Shown: positions 38,159 to 51,763 of the stretch, piece after piece
Layout: each line of letters starts with the position of its first letter
Position numbering within the stretch: position 1 is the first letter of the stretch
Source of the DNA: Kondoa subrosea
Taxonomy: Eukaryota
DNA: 64,000 nucleotides
Direction of reading: 5' to 3'
NCBI GenBank assembly: GCA_039545335.1
Contig: BCIN01000008.1
Location: 383,528 to 447,527 of the forward strand
Notes under the pieces: generated by a model
What the model saw: only the letters and a program-made list of their open reading frames with translations
What the model was told of the DNA's origin: nothing
Databases searched by the model: none
Made by a program: the position numbers and the translations under genes

Positions 38159-39174
38159 CTATGAGCGAGGTGGACCTACTTGCCCAGTCCTTTGCGCACT
38201 GACGAAGTCATTCATTGTCCGGTGGATCTGGGCTCTTGAACTGTCCGTAGCTTGATGATAACTACTCAGCCTTCTGCATCCTTCCACGGGTCTTTGATTA
38301 TTTCGGAACCCAGTCAAGATCTGATGCAACTCCTGAAGCATTATCTTGACAGACGAACAGATCGCGTGGGAATTAGGAATGAGGTGAAGAGCCTGGAGAT
38401 TGGCGATAAGCTTTTTGTACTCTTCGCACCTAGCACTCAAATCCTGATGCAAATTGGACTTTCAGCAATTTTCTCCTCTGTCATGAAAGACTGGACCCAC
38501 CTGATGCGGTTCACTTCCTGCGCAGAACCAGGATGTTAAAAAGAAAATGTGGTTGAAGCAGTGCAGCTAAACAAGGTAAGCTGAATGGAACGCGTCTTGA
38601 GTCCGAGAAATAGCCTCACATGGGCAACGATATGATCATTGAATGCCATGTGCAGAGTCGAATCATCCGGAGCCACTTGATGAGCAGATGGACGCCATGG
38701 GAAATGGAGTGTAGCGTTGTATCCAGTTGTAGGATCCTGAACTGCTGGCCGACCAGCAACCATAATTCGGGCAGTCTTGCCCGCAGCCATGAGGTGATAA
38801 TGCATACAGGCGTGCACCTTCGTGAGGTCGGCGTTTTCCGCAACTTCTCCGATGAAGGGCATGCGCTTTAGCTGCTCCACGATCCCTTTATGCTGCTCCG
38901 CAGGGTCCTTTGATTAGCCAGAATAGAGCAAAATATAATCCTGGTCACATACAGGAGCTAAAGAACGCAAATAGGCAGCGAAACGAAGAAGAGTCTCATC
39001 TTCTTGTACGATGGGTTCCGTAGCAGCTTGGATGGCACCGAGATTCTGAAGGGAGTAAGTTATATCATCTTCAGGGTAGATCATGGGGAAATTGAGAGCA
39101 GGATGGGTTTTCAGTCTGACGATATCGGAGTCCCTCAGGGGCTTGTTGCGATCGAATGTAGGCTGAGTTTGCAT
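38159..39174 (-). CDS. Hypothetical protein (probably three exons)
   Basis: Collinear ORFs 38914-39174, 38536-38880 and 38159-38452 separated by intron-sized gaps, downstream of a CT-repeat leader. Confidence 0.45.
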
Positions 39175-39199
39175 ATGAAGAACAAGCAGAAAGGGAAAT

Positions 39200-39201
<2 letters not shown>

Positions 39202-39245
<44 letters not shown>
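39202..39245. repeat. (GA)n microsatellite of about 22 units followed by a GAA-rich purine tract
   Basis: Directly visible in the sequence. Confidence 0.95.
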
Positions 39246-39249
<4 letters not shown>

Positions 39250-39389
39250 AGAGGAGGAAGAAGAAGAAGAGAGAGAATTCGCGAAAGTCGAACGAGCCTG
39301 ACAAAGGGGTTGTTCGTATCATATGAACAACATCCGTCCGAGTCAATGAAAGGAAGCGTGTACAAGCATTCGCGTAACGCATGAGACAG

Positions 39390-40460
39390 CTATAGCGTTC
39401 TTTGAGGCTGGCGAGGCCGTCTGAGACAGCTGCGAGCCGTCACATCGATCGTTGATGCAGCAAAGGACTCAGCGAAACAGCTCCATGGACCGTGCACCGG
39501 ATCTGCTGCATGTCTGCCCTCCTCTGCGGCATCAAGTCTAGCACGCAGTATATAGCACTCCTGGCATACTAGACTTTGTATTGCACTGCCAATTTCCAAG
39601 CAAGACAGTCTCCTGGCAAGATTTCGTCATGCGCTGCTCTTCTGCTCACGACGACTTTACCAAAATGGCCTCAAACAGAGTAGACCCATCCACCGTCCCA
39701 GCTAATGCTACCGTTCGTCTACCATGCTTTCTGCTTGACTCACGCTGATCATGACATACTTAGACTGCTGAAATCGGAGGCAAGTCTCTTCGCCCAAATT
39801 CCTACGCAAGGAGCTCATTTGAATGACACAGCTACTGGCTCTGATGCTTCTCAATACGTAGTCAAGAACGACGTAACTGGTTAGTTTCATTCCATCGCAT
39901 AACTTTTATAACTCCATTCTGACTTGCATTGCAATTACAGATGGCCAACAGCCTCAAGCCGAGTAAGCATCGTATGAGATGGAGCAAGAATGATACGCTC
40001 ATAGTCGAGAATAGCCATGATACCGAACAAAGCTTGCCTGGACCCAACAAGGCTTTCTCGCACGCTGCCGAGTAAATCTATTATCTTCTTCATGGGTATT
40101 GTTGAGCACGCTGATACCTGTGTACGAACAGATTCAAGGATGGAGCTACAGCTTTCGACAAACCAGCAGCTGGTACGATCCTTTCTGTTCAATATGTTTT
40201 CCGATATTAGAGCTGAAAGCTGACGTACAGATCCCGAGTCCGTTGAAGCGCTTTCAGCACAAACAGTTGCTTCAAACCACGGCAACTCGTAAGTATACTC
40301 ACTGGTGTCAGCTGTTCCGAGAGCTTATTCCGAGAGATGCTTACAGTCAATTCATGGCTTCGCTCGAAAAGGCTGCTTCAAGCGATGACACCACCGTCTA
40401 AAGCTTTAAACAAGATAAGCAGGTTAGTACAGACTCTCACCTTCAACCGAATTGGTGAAA
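39390..40460 (-). CDS. Possible multi-exon hypothetical gene divergent from U2AF65
   Basis: Chain of minus-strand ORFs (39935-40285, 39708-39890, 39390-39599) with intron-like spacers. No homology recognised. Confidence 0.3.
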
Positions 40461-40667
40461 TGATGTCTTCGGTTGTTAAAGTGAAAACAAAGAGAAAGGG
40501 TCGAAAGATTTGCAAAGGACATAGTTGCATTGGAATAATTCTTCTACATCATTGACCAGCCGTACTTGTAGTAATGCTGTCTACCACCTTGACATAATCG
40601 GTCCGACCCGTTTTTGACGCTTGCCGAAGATTTCCCTAAGGTTGTTCTCTCACAGTCAGTTTGAGCC

Positions 40668-42871
40668 ATGTGTGAGTGTAGACAGTCCTAAATGCAGTAT
40701 ACAATTACTTATTCCACCCGTGAATACAGCCGCAGAATTCTTGAGCTCTGCTTTGGAAGGTTTCACTAAAGGTGAACCAGTTGAAAGATCCGACAAAGGT
40801 CTGCTATTCTCCTTCTGCCCCTCTCTGGCTTCGCACTTTACTTACTTATAATGTAAATGTATACAGACCGACATCGCTCACACCGTTCTAGTAGGGAAGG
40901 CGAGGAACGGTCATCCAGAAGAAGGTCATCCAGATCTAGAGAACGCGGTAGTGAAAGAGACAGAGACCGTGGTGATCGAGGTGATAGAGACAGAGAACGT
41001 GATAGAAGAGATGACAGGGAGAGAGATAGGCGACCTAGATCAAGAGATAGATATGACCGGTATGATGATAGAAGAGGTCCTTCGAGCGGTAGTTCCAGAA
41101 GAGGAGGAGATGACAGAAGAGACAGGTATGATGATAGAGGAGGTGGAAGATCTTCTGGTGGTGATCGAAGAGGAGGTGGAAGAGATTCTGCCAATGATCG
41201 AGGGAAAGAAGCAGACAACGATATCTTTGGTACAAAGAGAAGATCAGCTACACCTGAAAACACAATCCCTATCTCCAAGCGTAAGAGACCTCGTACAGCT
41301 TGGGATGTTAGACCACCTGGTTTCGAACAAGTTACACCTTTGCAAGCTAAAATGACTGGTAGGTCTGCTGGATAGGTGATTGAGACATGTCTCATCCATT
41401 CTTTCGGAAACCTACAGGTCGCTTCAACCTACCTGGTCAAAACAGACCTCAACTTCCACCTATGTTCATGGGCATGGGAGGTGGATTAGGCGAAGGAAGT
41501 TTACCACCTATGGCCTACGGAACACTCGAAGACAATTTACCTCCAGGTATCACCTATGCTCGTCAAGCTCGTCGTCTGTATGTCGGTGGTATAACAGCAG
41601 AAGGTAATGAAGAGAATATTGGTACCTTCTTCAACTCGAAAATGCGCGAAATGAATTTTGCGGCGGATGATAAAGTTGAAGTTGAAGGACCTGAACCTGT
41701 CATTTCAGTTCAAGTCAATCATGAAAAGAGCTATGCTTTCTTAGAGGTGCGTCAACTTGATTTGGAATGCATTTCGCATTGAGATGATCTTGTTTTTTTT
41801 TTCGCACAGTTCCGATCTACAGAAGAAGCTTCCTCGGCAATGTCATTCGATGGTATTCTCTTCCAAGGAGAAATGCTCAAAATTCGTCGACCAAAAGATT
41901 ACCTCGGCAACGAATTCATGTCTGCTATGCATGTACCAGGAGTCGTTTCTACAAATGTACCAGATACACCATGGAAGATCTTCATTGGTGGTTTACCTTC
42001 TTACTTGACTGAAGATCAAGTTATCGAACTGCTCAAGAGTTTCGGTGAAGTTAAAGCTTTCAATCTGGTCAAAGAAATGAACGGTTCTTCCAAGGTGAGT
42101 TTTGGAAACGGTTATCAACATGTTTCGTCATGTTCAACGTTCTCGCCCTCACAGGGTTTCGCTTTCGCTGAATACTTGGACCCAGAAGTCACGGATCTGG
42201 CTTGTCAAGGTCTGAACGGAATGGAACTAGGTGATCGATACCTAGTAGTACAAAGAGCATCTATAGGTCAACAAGGAGGTCGATCTAATGCTGGTGGTGG
42301 ATTACCTCCTGCTTTGGATATCACAACTACAGTTTCAAGAGTCGCTCCTTCTGTCTTGGCTTCCGCTGGATCTGAAGGTCAACCTACCAGAGTTTTACAA
42401 ATGTTGAACATGGTTACACCGGAAGAATTGGTTGATGATTTGGATTATGAGGAAATTGTTGAGGATGTTAAAGAAGAATGTGGGAAATATGGTGAAGTGT
42501 TGGAAGTCAGGATTCCGAGACCGATCAAGGTTCGTCAAAGTGAGCAACATATTGGCATGAAGCTGATAGGTGTTTTGTTTGCATGAACAGAACGATGCCG
42601 GTCGAATGGATTCTCGAGCAAGTGAAAGTGTTGCAAATCTGGGCAAGGTGTTTGTCGTAAGCTCGATTCCTTCGTCATTGATCCATGTGCTCAAGCTTGT
42701 TACAGATGTTTGACAGCACAGAAGCAACAAAAAAAGCAATGGGCGCTATTGCAGGCAGATCTTTTGGCAGCAGAGTCGTAATTTGCGCTTTCGCTGGAGT
42801 GAGTAGCTTTTCTGGTCTCAATCGGTGGATGCTAATGTGTTTGCAAACAGGAGGATATCATGATTGCTTAG
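40668..42871 (+). CDS. U2AF2: Splicing factor U2AF large subunit (U2AF65/Prp2/Mud2)
   Basis: RS/RD-rich N-terminus, ULM KRKRPRTAWDVRPPGFE, RRM1 RQARRLYVG, RRM2 KIFIGGLP, UHM VLQMLNMVTPEEL...GRSFGSRVV. Confidence 0.95.
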
Positions 42872-43382
42872 CTATATCAAAACGGGTTGTATTACAATGA
42901 AAAGGTTACACGGGTATCGTAATCAAGCTGCCATGCTGTACTGTCACATCTCTTGTGTTCCCTTGTTCACCGCGCCACACTCTTCCGCGCTTCAGACCTC
43001 TGCGCAATCCGCTCGAGCACTTCATCCTTGTATCTAGGCAATAAAGCCGTTAGGCGCTTCTCTGCTGGTCTGTTTGTGCGTGGATGTCGTTCATAGACAT
43101 AGAAGGCGACTGCCGAGCTGTCAGGCGCAGGCAAATCGATCTAGCATCACAATCTCACAAATGCCAGAAGCGATTCCAAGCAGAGGATCTGCAACTCTGG
43201 AGCAACTCATCAGGCTTGTGTGATTGGAGCACAAGTAGCAGCATACTTTGATACTAGATACATGTCCGTTCAATTGGTCTCAATGCTTCTGAGATGCTTG
43301 ATCGTGCACAACCGAGACAAGTCGAATGAAGGTTCACTTCAATTTGGAAGGGGTTCACTACATTCTATCTACTACATTTGAT

Positions 43383-45049
43383 CTACTCTACGCCATACAA
43401 CGCTTTGAAAGCTTCAGCATTCTCGGGCGTCGACTTGAACTTGTTCCACTTCTCCCATGCCTTTGGCAATCCGTCCACCGACGCTCCTGCAATGTAATTC
43501 CCCTCGTCAATTACATGAGTCTTGCCATGTTTGAGTGTAAAGATGTTGATATCCCTCGCTTCACAAATGTCAAGACATACTCGAGTTGAGTAATCCAAGT
43601 GATCAGCCAAAGCAAGAAGTGTTAGAATGATGAGCGTTTGATTACTAGGCGATGTAAGTCGAAGACTAGTATGAGCTGAATCTTGTAGTAGAAGATTGAA
43701 GCAAGATGCAGCCAATAAAAACAGAGGCGAAAGTCTGCACATAAATTGAGCATTGCTTAGAGAACAAGATCAGTAGTACTCACAAACACCAATCGACCGT
43801 CGGCATCTCTCCTCTCGTCATACTCTGCACTACAATCATGCATGCAGCTTTTGCAAAAGCGCAACCATGAATGAGCATGAATAAAGCAGGTTGACGTTCA
43901 GCTCGAGGACTTGACAGATAGGTACCGTAGTTCAAGCCCAAGAGGATCGTCAGAAGTATCAGAAGGCTGAAGACTTGCATCTTGACTTTGCGCCGAGGTA
44001 TGCGGAGGCCAGCTTCTTCCAAAGGTGTTGATCGCCCTCGAATGAGCATAACGTTTGCTAACGTTTTACGAACGAAACCGAAGCCACTTTGTAGGACAAG
44101 CTGCAAATTCAATTAATCTACAGCTGTTAGAACCACACGGAACTTACCAGGCTCGCTAGGTTGATGCTGAAGTCCTTCCAGCTGACGTCCCTAGACCAGA
44201 TTTCTTGCCCGTACCATGCGGTTGCAAGGTGCATACCAATCGCGAACCATTGCACTTCCGTTACGTCGAATCTGATCGATAGTCAGAGGGAGCTAATTGA
44301 TATGAAATCGGGCTCACTTCTCAAAAACACATGAATGAGTGAAATATGTTACTGCATGCGTAGTATATAGCGCGACCCTATTGGATACTAGTCATTACCC
44401 TCGGCGCAGCGTGCACATTACTCACATTGAGATTGCAAAGAGAGGCATCAGCAGCGGCGACTGCCCAAGTCGAAGAGCGGAAGCTAAAGAGATTGCCAAG
44501 AATATGGTAGACAGCGAATCTGCACTGTGGTCGGTGAATCTAGGAGATGGCCATAAGCATGTATCAATCTCTGATCAAGTAGTCTCACTCTTCTAATTCG
44601 CAGCATTGAGTCTTGTAGCTGAACTGAGTGAACGCTATCCTACTGTGGTATGAACCAGAACTTACCTCTGCTTTCCATCAAGAGCGTCATAGGTCTGATA
44701 CAGGAATAGATTGACTGCATTCATGTAATAGATCCAGGCTGGAGCTTGTTCAGTAAAAGTAGGTGTCCAATACAAAGTTAGGCAGGCAGAAAGGAAGCTT
44801 GTGAGAAGTCCTATGGCGGTGATGCTTGACGCAGTAGCATTCTTAGGTACGAAGTTGACTAGCCAACGCCAGAATCTGGTTGTGAAATAATTCGTCAGAA
44901 TTTCGAGCGGATGTCATATATTGGAGTAAATACGGTTGTAGAAATCGGTCAAGATACGATACACTGTATGCATTGTAATGATAAGGGTATTTGGAGAGGA
45001 ATTGTATCTGTTTCGCATCCAGAACTAGGCCATGTTTCGCGTTGGCCAT
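43383..45049 (-). CDS. CDP-alcohol phosphotransferase (choline/ethanolamine phosphotransferase-like) with a divergent motif
   Basis: SYLDRFLQPFWRWLVNFVP...ITAIG...LFLYQTYDALDGKQ...DHSADSL, followed by several TM segments. Confidence 0.82.
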
Positions 45050-46160
45050 TTTCGTTTGTTTCTGACGTTGACAGTTCTAGCGCGCAGAACACTGATACGT
45101 CGTTTGGTCTAGGCAAGATCTTCTGCGGAAGAGCTGCAACTCGGTGATATAGATTAACGGAGCAGGAACAACATTGAAATCCTTATTTCAACCAGATAGG
45201 GGTATTGGCCCGAGAACAATACAGCTGATAATGGAGCAGTGGATAGTATGATCAGAAAGCAGCTACGCATGAATGATATGCTTGCTCCATTATTGACCAT
45301 CCTTGAGTTACCTTGGGAAACTGCGGGCGAAAGGTTTCAGCATATCTTGATGTTGTTTGAGAAGAACTCACACTGCGCAGCAGAGCTAATTTACTACGCT
45401 TCATCGCAACGTATAATCAATTGCCCATGCCATTCAGAAGAGAAGAGCTCGCTTCCGTACCAAACATTGCTCCGATACTAGCCGTGTCCACAATGGATGA
45501 GTGAGAATCATTCTGCAGCGGAAGGGCAATCAATGCATAAAATGAGTGTGGTTTTGTGCGATTTGTGTGGACAGGAAATGTAGGCATAAGGCCTATGCCA
45601 AGGCAGCTCTTGACTCGTTGAGATCCCAGCGGATCTCTGATGATTCTACATAAAGATGCCGACGAGTATTCAAGCATGATGCATGAGAAACAGATATAGA
45701 CAGGGTCTTGAAGCGTGGCGCTCATAGATTTGACGATAGGCGGAAATCATTACGGCATCTCGCCAATGTCGGAGATGACAGCGCAACCTTTCCCTGGAAA
45801 ATCATAGCGAGAAGAGTATAATTGATGTCCCAGCGGGGTAATTCGAGAAGAAGTCAGCAGCTAGTCGGCGAATACTCGACTGCCATATCTGGAGCGGATC
45901 GTCTCGCAGAAGATATGTTAAGAAGTTCTGGAGATTCGGGATAGATGCAGTAGGACTAGAAGATGTACTGTAGCTCTTTACAAGCGAAAAAGTGAATCCG
46001 AGCAGGACAAAGCACATGCATGATAAGCTGACTTGGTCGAGCAGCTCAAGGGCCAAGTCCATCGGAAGTAACAGCACAAGGATGGGTAACAAACACGCTC
46101 AAGAAATCTCAATCAGGTATATGGGCTCGCTGTACAGTTCCAAGATGTTACTTTCATACA

Positions 46161-48281
46161 ATGACACTGGACATTAGCCAGCTTCCAGTGGATCTCATAG
46201 TCTTCAATCTCCTGCCTTGTCTCGACGCACACTCGCTTGTCTCCCTAGGCCGAACGAGTAGAGCCTTTCATGACCTCATCTTGCAAGCTGGCACAGCAAC
46301 GAGCGAATCTCTCTGGCGCTCTCGCTTAGCAGACGATATCAATTTCCCTGTCTCTAACTCTGCTCGAACTACTGGTTGGCTCAGATTGTACAGTAAAGCA
46401 ACTAGACCTGAGTTGTACATTTGGGGAAATACGCAGAATGGCAGAAGTGGATTCAGCAATCCACCTTTTGGTGGATTAGATCAACCTACGCGTCTGATAC
46501 TTCCTAGAGGTGTTAAAGTGTTGGATATCGTAGCTGGCGGTTGGAGTTTCCATGCGCTGGATTCCAAAGGTCGGATGTGGTTCTGGGGACAAATGAGTGG
46601 TGATTCAGGCTGGGAATGGGAAGGTAGCGTGAGTGTATCTGAATATACTACTTTGCTAGGATTGCTGAGAAATGCTTCGAAAGTATATTGATCCTGGTCG
46701 CATACAAACTACTCCTCGTCTTCTTTCTATCGATCTACCTTCACCTATCGTATCCATCGACTGCGGCCGAGCTCACATTATGGCCCTAGACAAGCAAAAC
46801 AGAGTATATGAATTCCGATGTTGGGGTAGAATAGCAGAAATCAAGGACGCAAACAGAAGATGGGGTTCTATCAAATCTATTGCAGCTGGCTGGTCTTTGT
46901 CTGCACTTCTTACATCAGGCAAAACATCTCAAGACAAAAATCTTGTCTTCATACATCATGCACCGTCACAAAATTCTGTCATTACTGCTGCTTCCAGTCA
47001 AGGATTTGGTTCGGAAGGTCACGAAGCTGAAGCCGTTCTCTTCTCTCTTGATGTCAATTCATTGCAATTACCACTTTTACCTGAACCGTTCGAAAATGAC
47101 AATATAGTCCAAATAGCTGCAGGGGATGATTTCCTTGTTTGTCTGTCAAGTGAAAGCAGGGTCTTCAAGATCAATGTTTCAGCTCTACCTCATCCAGCTC
47201 ATCTATCACCACCTGAACCCGAACGTGATCTGAATAGAGTAGAAGGGATGGATCGCGTGTCAAGAGAAAGGTTACAAGCTGCTTTTGATCACGGTGAAAG
47301 AAAATGGGAATATATGCCTTTGTTCTCCGATATGGATCAAATCAGTCAACATCCTACATTCACCTCTTTCTCAACAACGGAAAAATTGATCAAACCTGGG
47401 GAAAAAGCAAGAATCAGTCATGTTTCGGCTCATTTCGAACATTTTGTCGCTTATTCTGTTGGAGAAGAGAAAGAGGAACAGATTGTTGTTATGGGTCGAA
47501 GAGAGACTGGACCGAATGATGAGTCTGTGATCATCGAAGGATTGCAAAACAGAGGTGTGATCAAGTGAGTTTTGATTCAATCGCACCAGGTCCGTCGCTG
47601 ATTGAAAGGTTTCAGAGTCGTTATGGGCGATTACCATTTTGGAGCATTAACTGCATCTGGTGCATTATTGACATGGGGTGTACGTATTCGTCTTGATTAC
47701 ATTAGCAAATAGTTGATCTCTTTTCCCCTTAGCAATACTCCAGTGGTGCTTTGGGTCATGGACCTGGGAATGTCAACCTTTTACCAATAGATCAACGTCC
47801 TGCAGGTCAAACAAGACCTGTAAACCGAGTGGGACCGCGTAGATTCGCTGGTAGACCTCCTCAACCTGCTTTAGCTAAACCGGAAGAAGTCAATTTCGTT
47901 CCTTCACTTGAGCTAGATCACCGGAAGAAATTTGTCTTGTAAGTCTTCCCCCAGTTCCTAGAACCACGCAATCTGATGCGTATATTTTCAGTAACGCGGC
48001 ATTCTCTGGCTGGCATTCAGCTGCTTTAGCTGTCGATATGGATGAAGATCAACCTCAAGAAGAAGAAGAAGGTCTGTTTTCGGTAAAGAAGCTGTATGAA
48101 GCAGCTCAAAACATCACCAATAGACTTGGAAGATGGCTCTGAGCATATACAACAGTCTCAATCATCGACTGTACCTGTTCAACCTATAGCTTTCAGAGGA
48201 GGAGGACGATTTCGCGTTGGTCGAGCGGGAGCTCAGGCTTCTAATCGTTTGCCGGGACAAGGATCGACTGGGAATCAATGA
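46161..48281 (+). CDS. SAF1: F-box plus RCC1-repeat protein, SCF-associated factor 1-like
   Basis: F-box ISQLPVDLIVFNLLPCLD. RCC1-type motifs LYIWGN, IVAGGWSFHAL, IAAGDDF, VVMGDYHFGALT..LLTWG, SGWHSAAL. Confidence 0.8.
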
Positions 48282-48473
48282 TTGTGCTCTGTAGATCTGT
48301 AGACAGTGTATCATTCATGCATCTTATCGCTTCAGCCGAAGACTCCGGTTTTGCCTGCATTGCTCGACAGAGCGGAGTTTGTCTTGACCTCGACCTTTTG
48401 AGAGAAGCGACTGGACAGAAAGCCTTTGGATCTTGAAGGCCGTCGTTCTGAGTGCTCTGAAGAAGCCAGGGTC

Positions 48474-49855
48474 ATGCTCGCTGCGAATGGCTTCGCCAAC
48501 AATGCAGCAAATTCGAAGCAAGCACTCTTGAATACCCTTAACAGTCCAGCTATCAAGAACAATGCCATCTCCTCAGCTCTGCCATCTGGTCTGACCTCAC
48601 CTGGTCTAAGCAACGGGGATCCTTGGACGCTGAATGCGCAGCGTTCTGACACGCCTTCGTTATTATCTCAAGCAGGACCTACACCTCAGCAATCCAATGG
48701 CTCTGCTCCTACCTCTCTACATCCTAACATGTCAAATGGCACCTCGAATGGCAATTCAGCTGGAAGATTGCTTCTTTCAGGTCAAATGAGCAATGCCCAG
48801 CTACCTTTGTCTTCACAACAACAGCAACAGCAACATAACATACAAAACGGTCATATGAATGGTAATGGTCAGCAACAACACCCTAATTCACCTCCATTAG
48901 GTCAAGCTGGACAAACGGAAAATGAAAAAGTATACCTCTTAATAGCGGAGTTATGCAGCCCGATAACCAGGGAAGGCGCTTTGTTGGAATTGAGCAAAAA
49001 GAGAGAACAATGGGATGATTTGGCTCTCGTTCTTTGGCATTCTTTCGGTCAGTTCAATTCGGAGTTTGCTGTTTTTAGCAGCTGAGATCCTGATAACTGA
49101 CTGACAGGCGTGATGTCCTCCCTTTTACAAGAAATCATATCCGTCTACCCTCTCCTATCACCGCCTTCACTCACAGCACCAGCGTCCAATCGTGTTTGTA
49201 ACGCTCTCGCACTACTTCAATGCGTTGCTTCGCATAACGATACACGACCTCTCTTTCTCGCAGCTCATATTCCTCTCTTCCTCTATCCTTTCCTCAATAC
49301 GACCTCCAAAACTCGACCTTTCGAATATTTGCGTCTTACATCTTTAGGCGTGATCGGTGCTTTGGTCAAACAAAACGATAATTCCGATGTCATCAATTTC
49401 CTCTTATCGACAGAAATCATTCCCTTATGCTTGAGAATCATGGAAACTGGTTCTGAACTAAGCAAGACAGTAGCAATCTTTATCGTTCAAAAAATTCTTT
49501 TGGATGAAATGGGTTTAGCTTACATTTGTCAAACTTACGAACGGTTCTATGCGGTAGGAACGGTCTTGAGTAATATGGTGAATCAATTGGTGGAAAATCA
49601 AGCGGTTAGGTTATTGAAACATGTGGTGAGGTGTTACTTGAGGTTGAGCGATAATATGAGGGCAAGAGAAGCGTTGAGAGCGTGTTTACCTGATCCATTG
49701 AGGGATGCGACCTTTAGTGCGGTCCTCAAGGGTGATTTGGTTACGAAGAGGTGTTTGGCTTCGTTGCTGTATAATTTGAGCGATCGGTGAGTTGCGTCCT
49801 GGAGTATGCATTCACTTATGCTGAGATCTTCTTTGCGATTCACAGCGTGGACTGA
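48474..49855 (+). CDS. RCD1: CCR4-NOT subunit Rcd1/Caf40 (CNOT9)
   Basis: [13 protein letters not shown]...[44 protein letters not shown]-rich N-terminal extension. Confidence 0.96.
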
Positions 49856-50098
49856 ACGACTCGTTCTCTTGCTTCCTTTATCCAGCACCTGTACTGCATC
49901 CTGTATATCAATAACAATCGCTTGCATTTTCCAATCAAAACGCGTAATCAAGAAGAAGACAAATGTAATTGGGCAAAACAATGAGCATGGGATGATATCA
50001 GAGGGGCACAAAACTGTACTTGTCGAAATAGAAGTCGTAGACTTATGACTGGCTTGGGTCTCACGAATTCGCGCGGGCTGTTTTGTCAAGCGACAGTC

Positions 50099-51546
50099 AT
50101 GTCCCAGGCGGACCTGCTCGCTGAGTTCGACCCACTACATGTATCCCTGCAGCCTGTAAAGACAGGGCCGCTGCAGAGCGCCGGTGCTCAGAATACCCAA
50201 AGCAATGATTTTGTTCAAAGAGCTCAAGCTAGACAAGCAGCTTTCATAGCTCCTCTACAATCTGAGCTATCCAAGGAGACTTTGTACCACCATCGTTCGC
50301 CTGCACAGAATGGCAATGCTCACAGACAGAGCCCACCGAGACGATTATCTGGTCTCATGTCTGGTCAAGGGACGCTCTCTACATCTCCTCCTTTAGAATC
50401 ATCTTTTGCGCCTGGTAAGCAGCGAAGAAGATCAAGCGCTTCTCATCAGGAAGAATACTCGGATTTCGTATCTGCAGTGGTCTCGCCAAGTTCCCTTATT
50501 TCTTCTCCTCCTCCAGCCCAATCAACTTCAAAACAGCCTGCACAACAACCATACTCGACGGACACCTTTTCTTCGGCACTACATACAGCAATGTCTTCAG
50601 AAATAGCAACAGATTGGGTTCATTCGGCACAAGCGCTGTCTTCTTCCCTTCGCAATAGCTGGCAATCCGCGCGCAGCTCAACGCTCCCTTCTTTACGCTC
50701 GTCAGAACGTGAAAGACCAGCTTTAGCCCATCTCTTTTCCGAATCTACTTTCCCTACCGAAAAACCGCAACGCAGTCAAACGCATCATACTTATATTTCT
50801 GGAGCACCTGGAGTCAACTTTGAGACTGAGTCGAGAAAGAATTGGAATACCAATGGTTGGAAATCTTCTCCTTCTGATCCGCCTGCACCTTTACAACTCC
50901 TTGGTTCTACTTCCAAATCAGTTCTGACTACAGATATCGCAGAAGGACTTCGACCTTCTTTACCTACTCGATTGAGAATAGCTTCAACCTGGACTCTTCT
51001 CTATTCACTAGATCAACATGGCGTCTCTCTCTCCACCTTATATACTCGTGTTGGTCAAGGAATGCAAGGGAGGGGTGTAGGATCAGGATGTGTATTGGTA
51101 GTACAGGATAACGAAGGAGGCTTGTTTGGCAGTTTCTCAAATGAGGCATTCAAGAAACGAGAAGGTTACTATGGAAGTGGTGAATGTTTCTTGTGGAAAG
51201 CTCAAGAATTTGCAAAGGGTGATCCGAGAATTGGCGTGGGAGTAAAAGCGTTCAAATGGACTGGGAGGAACGAATATATCAATCTTTGCGATGACGAATT
51301 CATCAGCTTCGGGGGAGGGTGAGTTCCGACTTATTAAGGTGCTATGAAATCAAAGCTGAATTCGGATCCAGGGACGGTAAATTCGGTCTATGGATAGACG
51401 CTGCCTTCGAGAAGGGACTCAGCAGTCGATGTATGACTTTCGACAATGAAGTGCTCCATTGGCACTCGCCTCCATCGGATCCAAAGGCTAAAGAAGAAGG
51501 CAAATTTGACGTGTTCAAGGTAGAGGTTTGGAGATGTGGTTCGTAG
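50099..51546 (+). CDS. OXR1: Oxidation resistance protein 1 (TLDc domain)
   Basis: WTLLYSLDQHGVSLSTLY, YYGSGECFLWK, ISFGGG/DGKFGLWID, TFDNEVL. Confidence 0.92.
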
Positions 51547-51763
51547 CGTAGAGGTTGTCTATTGTATCATAGCATTTTGTAACTCATCCGCATATAGCAT
51601 CATTGCATTGGTTTTTCTTGCATGATCTGGCGACTTCACTGTTTTCGCTTGAGGATAGCACAGCTGAGTCACGCTGCTCGAGCTCAACATTGCATTACAT
51701 AATTTTCGAGGGTTGCTGTCGCACAGCGATATTACAGCGTACCACTTACCGAATAGCTACGCG

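Noticed and set aside
39004..39384. ORFs with ERERER or SLSLSL runs
   Set aside because: Translation artefacts of the GA microsatellite.
40838..41395. Antisense and alternative-frame ORFs over the RS domain
   Set aside because: Shadows of the repetitive U2AF65 RS/RD coding sequence.
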